A stretch of 60,717 bases of DNA, filler included, from Sphacelaria rigidula (lineage: Eukaryota), in NCBI GenBank assembly GCA_964200075.2. It is 9 parts of 9 records of this genome, joined end to end, with 100 filler letters (N's around TTAATTAATTAA, not from the genome) between each part and the next. Parts side by side here need not be neighbours in the genome. Positions count along the whole stretch, not along the records: positions 20,275 to 26,932 come from CAXNAA020018789.1; positions 27,033 to 33,689 come from CAXNAA020018790.1; positions 33,790 to 40,446 come from CAXNAA020018791.1; 6 more parts are not named here. One strand, given 5' to 3'. A program made the position numbers and the translations under genes. Positions within the stretch are counted from its first letter, which is position 1. Each line of letters opens with the position of its first letter. Under the pieces are notes generated by a model that was not told the origin of the DNA, made no database searches, and saw only the letters and a list, made by a program, of their open reading frames with translations. This document shows positions 23,931-36,926 of the stretch, in pieces.

Positions 23931-26873
23931 CCCAACCCCAAAAAAGTGGCTGCCTTGGGGGGACAAAACCTACACGTAGATCGAAACGAAAAGAGCTGAG
24001 CACAACTAGCAGCTGGGAATTTCCACGCTTGGGTTGGTGTTCACCGGTGTCGCCCATATGATGCGCTTCATGCAGCCTGAAACCACAGATCAGGCGCTGT
24101 ATGACCATTTTCTACGCGACAGTTTTTGGCTGTTTCTCTTGGGGGGGTGAAGGGGGCTATCGTAGAAAGTGTCAGATGTAAGGCACCTACGAAAACACCG
24201 AAAACGGGGGAGGCGACCGGGGGGGGTTTGTCTGCGCCGCGCGAACATCAAGCCCACGCACGGAAACCGGGCGATCCATGCCTTGTGCACCAACAGTGGT
24301 GTATGAAATCTGCACTGGACAGATCTTGTACTCCTTGCACTCAAGATCGCTGTATTCGATCTAGTTTAGATAATGTGCACTACACAAGAAGATACATGCT
24401 GCAGTACCTCCTTCACACGGTAAAACAGCACTATCAACAGCACGAAGACGCGACAAGAAAACGGAAACGGTCACACAAGATGGGTATCGCGCGCCGTGAA
24501 ATCTTACCCAAACCGTCGCATATCTCGAAGGGAAAATATGTTCATCTCCAAATAAGAAAGCCTTCAAAACCACCAGTTAGTTTCAACGAATCAAATGAAC
24601 TGAAAAGGTACCACCAAAAGAAGAAAAAAAGGATGAGCCGCATGAATCACTAGAAATATAACCGTCACCCCGCCATTTTAGCCTTTCCGAGCACGAAGGG
24701 TGGATAGGTTCTCCCGCGGGAAAAAAAACAGTATACTAGTTACTCTAATAATGGCAAACTCAGAATTGGCAGTCAGCCCGAGATTATAGCGCTGGTCATC
24801 GGGGGAAAGAAAACAAAGCGAAAAACCAGACAGCATGAAGCTAGACGAGGAAAGTGGAATTTGCAACATCGCAAACCGGGTAAAACGTTCACGTTCGGCT
24901 CCTGTAAAATGCTAGTTGTTCTTTACTTCCGTAGTTCTGACACAGTGCACAGCTGTATTAGTAACTTCGTGCCCAGACTATGGGGGTTACAAGGACATTA
25001 AGCTCTTGTGAATCACTCCTTACCCCGAATAAAACGCTACAACCGGCATTGCTGTGTACCCAGAAGTTGAACCAAGATAAAAAAGAAAATCAGTAAGGCA
25101 CACACATCAGTCGTCCCTCACCTACACGCCATGCATCATCTTCATACATCCACGACCTCTGTACCGAAACATACCGAACCAAGTATGAAAGCCACACTGT
25201 TGATCGGTCGCTTATATTCCATGAAAACAAAACCCTTTGCACATATATTTTTGCTTGACATCGTTCATCCACCAGATGGGGGGCTAGAGTCACCCGTGGA
25301 GGAGTGCGGTGACGGATGAGGGGCATTTAACGAACTGCAGATGTCACTTGATAAAGTTATCTACACCTATAGCAGACTGCCGGCCGGTCGCACAAGCTTC
25401 TGGCAAACCAATGACCCAAGGATGTAACTGGCTCGGTGTAGTATCTTCGCATCTGGAGGATGACTTACAATACTGCATTCCTGCGTCTGAGGTTTCACGA
25501 TTGGAGACGCGCAATAATTCACTCCACATTATTAGTCTACATCTATCTCCAATCCGCACTTGTCCACCCTTTCCCCTTTCCGCTCCCTTCTCACCATGGT
25601 CCGCATTATAGGCGAAATGCCATGCGGGATGGGCCATACCTTCTTTGTCCTAGCCGTAATTAGCACGCAGTTTAAAATTAAAGCTTCCTCCCTGAGCCTA
25701 TCCAGTAACTTTCTAGCAGGGACGAAAGAAAAAACAAGACAAAAAAAATGAAGGTGACTACAATTTTAAACCGAAAAATCGCGTAACAATACGTGCCAAA
25801 ACGTGTCAATATGTACCTCTCCTATTACGCCCACCCGCTGTCCCGCTAAACCCTCAACCCAGGTGAAGAAGGCACGCAGGCCTCTGATCTATAACCGTAG
25901 GGGAACACCGCCAGAGTCGGGTCAGAAAGCGCTTATTCACATGTAACACGTGGAAGTCACGATTCAGCTGCTCACGCAGCCATCTTACGACTCCCTGTGC
26001 CCCGTACATTCCTAAGTGAGCGCGGAAACACTAGCTTGCACAAAAGTAGGAGAGACGCGCACAACATCGAAAAACCCTGAACAATAATCGGACGGGGGCA
26101 ATGCAGCCCGGAAAGCCACAATCCAGGGCATCCCGGAACATCCGACAACAAACGCTCAAAAGCGGGGTATATAATATGTACATAAATATATAGAGACAGA
26201 CGACGAAAGTACAAAAACGAGATATACATCAAGTATGTGTATATGTAATTGGGAGGCAGGTGCAGTAACGCACACGAGCTATCAGTTATCGCACATGTTC
26301 CGTGGGGTCTATGCACCACTGGTACACACACATGCCGAACCCAGAACACACACAGATACACGAAACACACACACAGATACATGATGGGAAATGTGCAGCA
26401 ATGGAGTATATATATATATGCACATGCATGAAGAGAGAAAGAGACAAAAATGCACAAAAATTGGGGAATGCATTTGATATACAGCTCAAACGATCTGCAG
26501 AGGCGCACGCGAGCTGTCGGTTATTGCGTGATTTCTCGCTTCCATCGAAGCGCTAAACAGGCCACAGGTACGCACCACATACGTGACACGCGCAGAACAC
26601 ATACAGAGAGACGAGGCACATGGCACACAAACATACAAAGGAAACAGGCGCACACGAGGCACGAAGCACGCGCGCGAAGCATTGCACTCAAAATCGCCCC
26701 GCCCGTCTCCAACTTGTGGGGCTGGACAGCCTCTCTGTAGCCCCATGTCGGGGCAACGTACAAACGCACTTGTGGACAACGGGCTACCCTGAAAACATTA
26801 CCGTGGCGGGCGCTCGGTTGTTGCACCCGGCAGCCCTCCCAAAAACTCTGCTCACCTCCACGGGAGCGCACGG

Positions 26874-26931
<58 letters not shown>

Positions 26932-27448
26932 CNNNNNNNNNNNNNNNNNNNNNNNNNNNNNNNNNNNNNNNNNNNNTTAATTAATTAANNNNNNNNNNNN
27001 NNNNNNNNNNNNNNNNNNNNNNNNNNNNNNNNCCCCCCTCCTTCTCCTCCGCCCCGGTGAGACATCCGTGAGGCCGCGTGTGACCCAGGGCTGTCTATGG
27101 GAGTGGTGATACCTAAAAATGAAGCGTCTTATTGTGGGCTGACATTCATTTGCGAGACGCGTAGTAAGCTTCGGGCCGAGCGATTTCGGCAGGATGTAGC
27201 TCACCCTTCATGCGACTCGCCGAACACATCACGGCGCTTCGCGCTTGGTGATTGCGAACCTGATCCGGCGAAAACTCAGCATGCTCCGTCCCGGCTTCAT
27301 AGGGATGTGAGGTCAATGGTCTTACGACTACGTCATGCAAGACCATGAGTGCACCCCCTTCCCCCGCAAGATCTCAACTGCTCCTCCTCCTTCCCCAAAT
27401 CCACACGAATAAGCGCCCAGGAAACATCACGAGGTGCATGCGTCCTAC

Positions 27449-28783
27449 CTTGCCCGTGACGATGGCGAGCAGGTGTCCCCCGGGAGAGTAGTGCACAGCA
27501 GACACAGGGTCGTAGTTGATCACGGGGTCTGTCTCTCCAACCACGGTAAACATGCCCTTCGTTAGAAACTCCCTTTGGTCGGAGCGGAGTGTTAACATAA
27601 GCGATGTCGAGTTTACAGCCGCACCGGCACCTCCAGCACCACCAGCGCCAGAGCTAAAGCGGCCGCCAAGCGCCCCCGTGCAAACTGCCGCTAGTGCCGA
27701 CGGATGCCCCGCGTGGGGTACACTCCCGCCGCCTCCGCCGCCGCCGCTGAAAATCCCTTCTTTACTAGCCTCGACACTCCCGCCGCCGACAATGTAGTAC
27801 ATGCTGACGTAGTGGGGAAAGGCTACCGCGATAGAATCACCGGAAGGGTGAAGGGACAAGGCTACCGGGGTGAGGTCAGCATTGTTGCTCCCTCCGTCCT
27901 CGTCAGCGCCCGCATCGCTACAACCGTCCTTGTTCTCTGCAGCTGCTGTCGACCCTTTGTTTTCCTCACCAGCACCGCCATCGTCGTCGTCGTCGGTTTC
28001 ATCAATGATAGCGCTGCTGGCGCCGCCCTGCTCGAATCGATGGCTCACCAACAACCGTTTTGTGCGGTAGTTCCACACCTGAAGCTTAACTGCGCTTCTA
28101 CCGCCAATACCACCGCCGAGAGGTGGTGAGGCGGGGTTCCGATGGAGCAACGAGGGTCTCTCGGCACCGCTGCCTGCCTTCGCAGACACATCAGTATCTT
28201 CGTCAACTCCGTTACCACCCACTACTCCATCGCTATTCACTGCACTGTCGCCGGGGATTCGCGTGATGCCGGCAAGCAACGGTTTTCTGGCGCATAAAGA
28301 CAAACAACTCATCGACGGCCGCCCTCCTCCCCCACCACCGCCACCACCACTTGCTTCCCGACGCTCTCGACCCTCGCCGCCTCCATCCCCGGCCGCACTC
28401 AAACCTCGGACAACCGACCGGTACACGGGACCGCTAGTTTGGACGTTCGTATACCGCTCACCACCTCTCATCTGATCTTCGGTGAAGAATTTTCCTCCCC
28501 CGACTCTGTCGCGCTTGCTCTTGGAATCTGACATACGGGCGGTCATGGGTTCTTTTCCGCGTGTTGAGCCTACATCAGATTCCGAGGAAGCTGAGGTCTT
28601 GAGTAGGGAAAGTTCGAACTTGTCCATCGCTCTCGCGAAGCCACGGACGATTGCTTCTCCGCCGGGCTGTATCTCAGCTGTCGCCCCTGAAATCTGGGAG
28701 GCTGCTGTACCTTCCAAATGTGAAGCAACCCCGCACATTTCGACACACAAACCGATGAGGCTAGAGAGACGACGTGCGAGCAA
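27449..28783 (-). CDS. CFAP57: Internal exon (445 codons) of CFAP57/WDR65-like WD40 flagellar protein
   Basis: Open frame bounded by acceptor cctccAG (28784) and donor AAG|GTAGG (27448). Motifs CARKPLLA, LQVWNY, ALSLHPSGDSIAVAF and YSPGGHLLAIVTGK match the CFAP57 pattern CIRKPLIA / VRIWNY / ALHPSG / FSNGGHLFAAVNG. May be a paralog. Confidence 0.8.
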
Positions 28784-29320
28784 CTGGAGGCGCGGAACAG
28801 AACTACCGCCCGGGGACTAAAGGACATCAATGCTCCTGCGCAGATCATTGCCTATCTATCTGGCATGAATGCCGCACGCGTAAATGCGCGTCTGACAGTA
28901 TACTAGACGGTACAACCAAAAGAGGGTTTTATTATCAAAAGATTGGTGTGGGAGCTCGTGTGTCCGGCAAGTGCCGTTTGATATTGATCCTCCGGGAAGG
29001 ATCCCGCACGTCATGTGGATGTAAGACAACGGAGGATGAGAACTAACGTGTGCGCTTCTGACGGCGTTTTGCGTAGACGGCAAAGAATAATGAGAAGGTG
29101 GTGGGGGAAAGACGCTGGACAATAAATGTAACTTGACCTTCCGAACACCAAGCGATTCCATCGATCTCCGGTCTCTAATTTAATAATTGTATGAATCATT
29201 AACCCAGGTTCAGATACTGAACACGACTGAACCACCAAGACATCTGTGAAGCTAGCGAAGTGTGCTTTTACCGCAGGAGGTACCGGAGAGCGGCTTGCTA
29301 TCGCGGGAAGATAATGAGAC

Positions 29321-29407
29321 CTTGTCGTCCGCCTCTACGCTGGATGACAACGTGAGCTGCAGCGTATCCAAGAGTCCGATTTCGCCGTCATCTGCACTGA
29401 CGGCGAG
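29321..29407 (-). CDS. CFAP57: Probable small internal exon of the CFAP57-like gene (LAVSADDGEIGLLDTLQ...)
   Basis: Phase-0 AG/GT boundaries join GTGYRW to LAVSADDGEIG, completing a WD beta-strand; the donor position is uncertain. Confidence 0.55.
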
Positions 29408-29830
29408 CTGTTTTTCTCGCGATCATCATGGGGAGGGAGATAGGGCGGGAGAGACCGACCAGGGTGTTTAGTTCTAGAATAGTTGACAACGGGGAAAAAA
29501 AGTTTCGGACAAGCTGAAGGTATAACACGACAGGACGATCCAAAGCCTTCTCTCGCCGACAACAAGAGCAACGGCGAAAATCTGTGCCCGTGCTGCAGTG
29601 ATGGTACGGGAGGGTCCACCAGCTTTCAAAAATCCCGGATGGACTGCAGGAAACACTCAGGACTAGCCGAGACTGAGCAAACCTGCGGTGCTGCCTCAGA
29701 GAGAGCGCGCCATGAATTGCGCGGGGTCAATCATACGCTACCCCGTCGCACCGGTTTTCAGAACCAACGGCTGCACCTGTACATTTCAAGAGCCCCACGC
29801 CCCCAACACCATTGTGCACATTGTACGCAC

Positions 29831-30442
29831 CCATCGATAGCCGGTACCCTCTCCTGGTCGAAGCTCAACCACGTCCGCTACCCCATCAAAAAGTTTGATC
29901 ACGCGGGTCAACGTGTAGACGTCTTTTCTTTTGCCCCCGCCAGACCGAACTCCGCCGCTGCCACCGTCACCACCACCTCCCGCACCTCCCGCACCTCCTG
30001 CACCATCGCCGTGGAAGCCCTGCTGGAAAACAAGGACGCGGCCACGACTACCTCCGACGAAAAATCCTCCCTCGTGCGCGGCGACTACATTCAGAGTCAA
30101 CGGATCGGCGGGGTTCCTTTGATGCGTGGCCGGTTTCACACCGACCTCCTTGTGCGTGTTCATGGCGTCGTTGCTGCCGATATCGACGAGAGGCTGACTC
30201 CCGCGGTTGCTTTTGATATTCCTGTTGGTGGTAGTGCTGGGTCTCTTGCTAGTGTTGGCAACATCGACGGGGTCGACTGGCAACGACTCCGGTACCGGCT
30301 GGTCTGGCGGGTCCTCGTCTGCGATCCCACGGACATCCCACTCGGTTAGGACGTCGCCCGGCGAGACGAGGGAGATGAATCCTTGCCGCGCGACCAAGAC
30401 CAAACGATCTCCATTTAACCAGACCACGTCTCGAAAGGCGGC
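29831..30442 (-). CDS. CFAP57: Internal exon (204 codons) of the CFAP57-like gene
   Basis: Acceptor caccAG (30443), donor TGG|GTGCGT (29830); WD-like VVWLNGDRLVLV, GGFFVGGSRGRVLVF and YTLTRVIKL. Confidence 0.75.
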
Positions 30443-32666
30443 CTGGTGTCATTGAGTTTCAACATGCGGCCGAAGGCCAGGTTTTTGCACGGGGAAGTAT
30501 GTTGTTCACGGAGGGGGAATGTCATGCGCGTTTACCATACTTGAAGGTTGCGAGGAATCCACATCGAAGTTAAAACGGCGTACCTCAGGGTTGGCCGGTA
30601 GATAGTGGTGTACATTTTCAGTGCATGTGAAGCTGTACAGCTATTGGACAGTCAGGATGTACATGCGTGTGTAAGGAGATTCATCCTCACTCGACCTTGT
30701 AATTCAAGAAGTCAGGGTCAAGATATTCCCTCAATTGCAGATTTTCTCGTCATTTTTGCCCCTTTGTGATGTTCCGTCGGCTTCGGGCTACTTCCTGAAT
30801 GCAGTCAATAGCATCATCGCATGTTTCGCACGCGGGTATACTCCAGTTGTAAGTTACAGTTGAACACCCAGAGTATGACAGCATGTCTAACTGACACTGA
30901 CTGCGGCTGACATCCAACGAACGTACGGCATATTCCACCCCATCTGTCACGAAAATGGCGAGTGCACGCCATCACGCAAAAGCTGAAAGTACACGGCTGC
31001 ACTTCCGTTAGCGGGGGAGGTCGAAACACCATTGTGTCCAACTCTAGTAAATTAATTGGCGCGACTATGTGCACACTAGCCAATGTAGCCTGAAAGCTTC
31101 AAATTGAGTCACTCAACGATAGCGAGGGTTCAAAATCGCCATGTTTTCACACAGCGGGACCAATGGGTTTTTTTCACTGGCGTCCGGTGTGGGCAAAGAA
31201 TAACACACAACGTGTTGTCTGTGACGACATGATATCCTCTCGTCCAACTGAACACGTATCTGTGACCTTGTGCAAACTTGTTCCACAGACAACACGACGT
31301 CAAGCTAGACATTACTGTAGGAGACAAGGGCCCGGCGGGGATGATGCTGTAACAACTACTGCCGAATCGGAATACCTAGGTCGAGATGGTGCTGTAGAGT
31401 ACCTGTTCCATCGCCATCGAAGTTGGTGACAGATCTGCCCCCATGGCTAGGGTGGAACATCCACTTCGTATGACAAGGGCTACTGATAGAGCTCGGAAAT
31501 GGTACCAGTTATATATCTGGCCATTATCATTATAATGGTAATAGTGGCAATAGGTATATGAAATTTTCGGACAATAGTTTCAAATCATTATTTACCGTTA
31601 CCGGCCGTATAAGCCGTTACCGGCTACGTATGCTACATACAGCCCTTGAAAATTGCCCCGAATTTGACGTATTTTTTAGCTCTAGTGAAGCCAACTCGCG
31701 AAATAACGACCCTTTGGCACGGCACCCCCAGCGTGGGCCTCCGGGGGCGCCTTTGGCGGGGGACCCTCATGCGGGGGGGGGGGGGGGGGGGGCTCCTCTC
31801 TGGGTGGCTCCCGGGCGGGGGGGGGGCGGGTTTGTTGCCTCTGCTTTGGNNNNNNNNNNGACGGTGGCGGGAGTGGGCGTCGTCGTACTGGGCCTGCCCT
31901 GGTGTCAGGGGGGGGGGTCTTTTTGGCTCGCGGCTGCGTCGCTCGATGACCAAACCCTTACGTACCATTTGACTAACTAATGATTAGTCAAACCATTTCC
32001 GAGCTCTAGCTACTGGGCTAAGAGATGCCCACACACCATCTCCCTCCCGGTACCTGCAGCACGACTTCCTCCGAATACGTTTTCCAGTCGGACTTTGAAA
32101 ACGTCGAAATCTGCGCAAATTGACCAGTGTTGTACCGGCTTCACCACGAGGGTGCTGGATTTAAAGCACCTCTGTTTTCGAGATGATCCTTCTCTGTGGT
32201 TGCTGACCACAGACACCTGAGTCTCTGAATGCCAGGAGGGGCAACGCTGATATACTGACCGACTGTAGTACGCTGGTCGAAGCGGCCGCGGCAACAGACA
32301 TCACAGTTCCTCCGTACAGGTCGTTCTCAATGATCAGTCAACAAGCGTATCTCCGGGGCAAACAACCCGAGCAGCAGCAGAGCATGCCCCCAAAATTAGA
32401 CTCTTTGCTGCCGCACAACCGCCCCAGAGTAAGACACGCCGTCTGATCGATTATTCGGGTACTTTCAATATGTCGCACTAAGCTATCATATCCAACACAG
32501 CCTGGTGGCGGCGGTGGCGGCACACGGATGGGCAAGAATCAACTTCGAATGAGTTCTCGCCCGATTCCCCTGGCTTTTGGTGTTGCCAGCACCCAGGCAA
32601 GAACACAGAAACCCATTCCGACATGTATCTCGTCGCCGTTCGGAGGTCATGCCCAATACACATGTA

Positions 32667-33456
32667 CTTCCTCTGTCTCACAAGTTAGGACACCTAAATT
32701 TGTACAGGCCCTCAACCGTGTTCAATCTGTTTATGATTTTTTTTTCTGAGATCTTCGGTGTTTTTCGAGTAAAATACATTTTTTTTTCAGCCGGTGCTTG
32801 AACCATGCGGCCGAACGGCCGAAAATAAATCAGTCGGCCCAAAAATGGCAGTATTTTGTCCGATTTTCCTGGTTGACTTTCTTCAGCGCCGCAACCTTTG
32901 TTGGAGTGAGGAGCGGCGGCCGCCCACTCCGCTTGCTCGGTTTCGGCGACCTGTGTTTTGACCTTTTCCCACAATTTGAACGGCTACTTCTTTCCAACAC
33001 CGTAGCGTTCGCAGATCGGATCTAGCATGTCCTTGGGAATCCTTGACAGCTCTGGCTGCGTGACCATCGCAATCTCTACCGCCGCGGCGTAGCGGCCACC
33101 AGCCGATGTCTCGGCGCCCCGTTTGCGAGGTGGGGGTGTGCTGAAGGGCGGGTCCATCGCTAGAATGGTGTAATGGGGCAGGTAGGGCACTAAATTTGGA
33201 CGCTTTTGAGAAATTTTGCGAGAACTCTGGCAAACATGCTCAAAAACAAATCTCGAAAATATTTGCATAATAGGCCAAAATAGGGTATATTTTAACTCAT
33301 TTTAGGTAGAGGAATAGAACCCGTTTTTTTTGTTTTCTCTGTAGCTTTGTCTTCGTTTTATCTTTCTAACGAACCCGACTATGATATCCTCACTATCACG
33401 GTTGTACCCAGACAACGTATTGCCCGTAGGTACCCTAAATTATGAGGCAGAGGAAA
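32667..33456 (-). mobile_element. Internally deleted Tc1/Mariner element (Stowaway-like TIR) retaining transposase N-terminal HTH remnant
   Basis: ~29-bp TIR CTTCCTCTGTCTCACAAGTTAGGACACCT / AGGTACCCTAAATTATGAGGCAGAGGAAA with TA on both sides; minus-strand remnant MDPPFSTPP...LDPICERYGVGKK*PFKLWEKVKTQV. Confidence 0.8.
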
Positions 33457-34033
33457 TATAGGACAAAATTTACAGTAACGTATGGGGTTGTCGAAGACCT
33501 TGGGATTCGAATACATCTTGGATTTTATAGCCGACTTCGAAGAATTAAGACCCGATATTTCGGCGAGAGGTGCACATCGGCAGTGTAAAGGGCATGCTTG
33601 CTTTCCTCCCCTTTTACGCCGAGGACATGACTTGATTTTTTTCTTGGAAATTCAGTGAAATGGGCTTGAGCCCTCGTTCAACGGAAGAGNNNNNNNNNNN
33701 NNNNNNNNNNNNNNNNNNNNNNNNNNNNNNNNNTTAATTAATTAANNNNNNNNNNNNNNNNNNNNNNNNNNNNNNNNNNNNNNNNNNNNATGCAGGACAC
33801 GTCATTCCTAACCAGTCTCGTTGGTCGTTCTGGAGGCCCCGTCCCAAAAGGGTTACGGCTCTTATCGCCACACTATTTTTGATGGACATACGGTTGGCTA
33901 GACAAGACAGGAAGGAACACGAAGGTGACCTCGGTCGACGTAGCCTTTAACTCGGCCTCTTCAAGATCACGAGTGCCCACGGCCCTTTTTCCTGCTCCTG
34001 GGACAAATAACTGCACGCGGGGAACAAGCGGCA

Positions 34034-34063
34034 TTACTACTACTACTACTACTACTACTACTA
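34034..34063. repeat. (TAC)n microsatellite
   Basis: Directly visible. Confidence 0.95.
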
Positions 34064-34103
34064 CCAGTAACAAATATAGTTACAATGATTCTAACAGTAG
34101 TAA

Positions 34104-34334
<231 letters not shown>

Positions 34335-34383
34335 TGACACTATTAATGCAGAACCATCCGACAGTCGGTTGGGGGGAAAGAAG

Positions 34384-36365
34384 GGGGGCGTAGTCATTTG
34401 CTGGTTGCCTTAGTTATTTGGCCACCGACTACGCGCCCCTCTCGAGACGGCACCGCTCCTACTGCTAGTGGAGAAATTTCCAACAATCGGGCGCTCACTA
34501 CGTTTTATCCATACATTTCGCAGTGATATTTTGCATATTTTGACCCCTTCCTGTTTCTCCGTCTGTTGCCACCGTCGCATCCTATCTGTCTATCTCCTAG
34601 TACCGCGACCGTGTTCTTTCTAGTGTCTAATGTACCAAAATACTTCATACCACCTTCGTTTACTTCCCGCATTTCCCCGTCTCGCACGTCCCGTTCTTCC
34701 TTGCATAGTTCACATTTTAACATTTTTACGAGTTCTACTTCCTACTTCCACAGGAGCAATTCCGTGCATCTACTTCCTCGTCCACCCGACTACTGGTATA
34801 CCTCTCTCTTCCTTCTGGCGGGTCCAGGTACCCCCCCCCCCAAAATCACAGTGTCATTGTTTTCGCCACTAGGCCGTGCAGATATGTTCTCGTACCTATC
34901 CCCTTTCTCAACCCCCCGTATATCTTCCTGGGCTGTTCCTAATCTTTTTTTCCGTGTCAGCGCCTGTTTGTCCCTTACTTCTATCATCCCTCTTACTTCT
35001 GCCTTGTATCCCCCACATCCCCCAATGGATATTATCTCGTCCTGGTCTCCTCCTATGTCCTTCACTAGTTTCTCGACTACGCTATTCAACCCTATTCCCG
35101 GTCGTTGTTTCCAAGTGGGCACATTCTCAACTCTGCCCTCAGTGTTGTAATACTCGTCGTTTTCGAGCATGAATCCGAGTGTTTCGTTCGCTTCTGTCAC
35201 CTGTGCTGTTTCCAGCTGCTTCGGCAACTTCCCCGCTCCCCTCTCATACTTCTCCTGCACATCCCAGCGTTGGTACAGTCACATTCATCACAATGTACGT
35301 CTTAATCCTAGTATCTAGGTGCATGTCTCTTCGGATCACGTTCATCTTGCCTATCTGTGCCTTACCCTATCCTATTACTCAATTCATGTGTTGATCACAA
35401 GCACAGCGGTTTTTAGATCTCTACGCCGAGGTTTACCCACTGGTCTCTACTGGTAACAATTCGTCGTCTTCCAACCTCCGTGCGAAGTCTACGGGGTTCT
35501 CCTTGTCGTCGTTACATACAAGTACCGAGCGTTTGTTCTACGTTCGCTTTCGCTCTCCATTTCGCAGTGCATTCTAGCGCCTTCTCTTTTCGCCTCTGCA
35601 GTCCTTCTGGTGTTTCTGATTTTCTCACGACTTCACCCGCGAACATCAATCCCGAAACCGTATATTCCCCCACCGTGAAATCTTGCTTCGCTGCTCCTAT
35701 TGCTATTATCGTGCCTTGAATACCCCACCTTCCTTCTGCGGTGCTTACCTCTATTTTTGATCGCGAGAGGGGTTCAGCACTCCCTTTCCCTCGTCGTCTG
35801 TTGACTCGAATTTTGTGTACCCACTTCTTGAACCGAGTGGGTGATAACGTACATCCCTGTGAAACTCCTTGTAAAACGTGTTTTTATTTTATTTTTTCCC
35901 CCATCTAGCATCATAACACTCCTCGCACGTTCTGTCATATTCTTCACCATTCTACACATAATTGTTCTCATCCCAGTTTCACACAACGTTTCCCACAGCT
36001 CATTTCTCCCTGCTGGGTCGTAGGCCTTCTGTGTGCCTAGAAAGAAACACTACGTTGTCAGCCCAATGTTTTTCCTATCATGAATCATCTTACCTGATGT
36101 GTACACATGATCTACGCAACCAAGTTTGGGGAAAACCCTGCTTTCCCCTCGCTTATGTACTCTTTCTTCTCTGGCATCGTCCCCAATCCATCGTTCTAAA
36201 TCTCACAGAGGGTTTGCCCTACAGCGCTCAGTAACGTTATCTCATATAACGTTTCTCTGGATCAGCGTTGCCTTCATCTCCTCAACAGCCTTACTACTTC
36301 TCCTTCTCTTCACCTCTTGTGTGTACACTCGTTTTTCCATATCCAATCATTTTAATCATGTATAT
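34384..36365 (-). mobile_element. 5'-truncated, degenerate non-LTR retrotransposon (LINE): reverse transcriptase and C-terminus, probably within a TTLL intron
   Basis: Frameshifted RT motifs ITLLSAVGQTLC, ISEGKAGF, CVDHVYT, CFFLGTQKAYD and TVSGLMFAGEVVRKSETPEGLQ (FADD degenerate), then C-terminal CELCKEERDV and the family 3' end at 34384-34450. Confidence 0.92.
35741..35824. repeat. ~85-bp dispersed repeat inserted in the LINE RT; second copy at 40547-40630
   Basis: GTGCTT(A/G)CCT...GATCGCGAGAG(G/A)GGTTCAGCA(C/A)TCCCTTTCCCTCGTCG...TCGAATTTTGTGTACCCAC occurs in two contigs. Confidence 0.85.
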
Positions 36366-36859
36366 GTAGTTGGGAAACCAGAACTATTTTCTTTTTTCAG
36401 AGGTTGCGAAGTTTGATACATGTTGCTACGCTGGGCGACCCCTGTGCAGACGCCAGCTAGTTCAGTAGAGCGACGAAAGCTAGCTTATGACCGGGTTTGC
36501 CTGCCGTACTGCCGCCAGCGTTGCTTGAAAGCCACAAGACCTTTGCGGTCGGCGGTTGATGGCGTGGGTGTGAAATGCGACAACAAGTGGTTGATCTTAG
36601 AGCACCCTTGTTCTTCGTGGGGTCATACCTCGCCCCAGGTTGTAGTGTATGACCTCCTCACATCGAATCAATTCTTGAAAGCTACTCTACGGAGGTGTTC
36701 ATGCAGCCAGCGCGTGCTCCAGATTGCAGCATGAACGCACCCCTCTGCACCACGCTAGCAACGGTTAGATCACTACCATAGGTATCTTTTTCCACTCCGC
36801 ATGTCAAAAAGCTCTTCACAAATGTTTGATGTCTCATACCCCCCCCCCACTGACGTCTC

Positions 36860-36926
36860 ATGCTCCGTCTCGAAAGGGATGCGTGGTCAATGGTCAGACG
36901 ACTAAGGCAAGCAACAAATGAGTACG
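36860..36926 (+). mobile_element. 67-bp 5'-truncated LINE 3' end with 18-bp TSD
   Basis: Insert flanked by CCCCCCCACTGACGTCTC at 36842-36859 and 36927-36944; no poly(A). Confidence 0.9.

Noticed and set aside
29483..30349. 288-aa plus-strand ORF
   Set aside because: Antisense shadow of the GC-rich CFAP57-like exon.
35741..35824. HDV-like ribozyme (TCCCTCGT loop and CGAAT motif)
   Set aside because: Could not identify P3, P1 or P1.1 pairings.
36414..36806. Possible solo LTR (TGATACATG...CATGTCA)
   Set aside because: Flanks AAGTT and AAAAG do not form a TSD, and there is no second copy.
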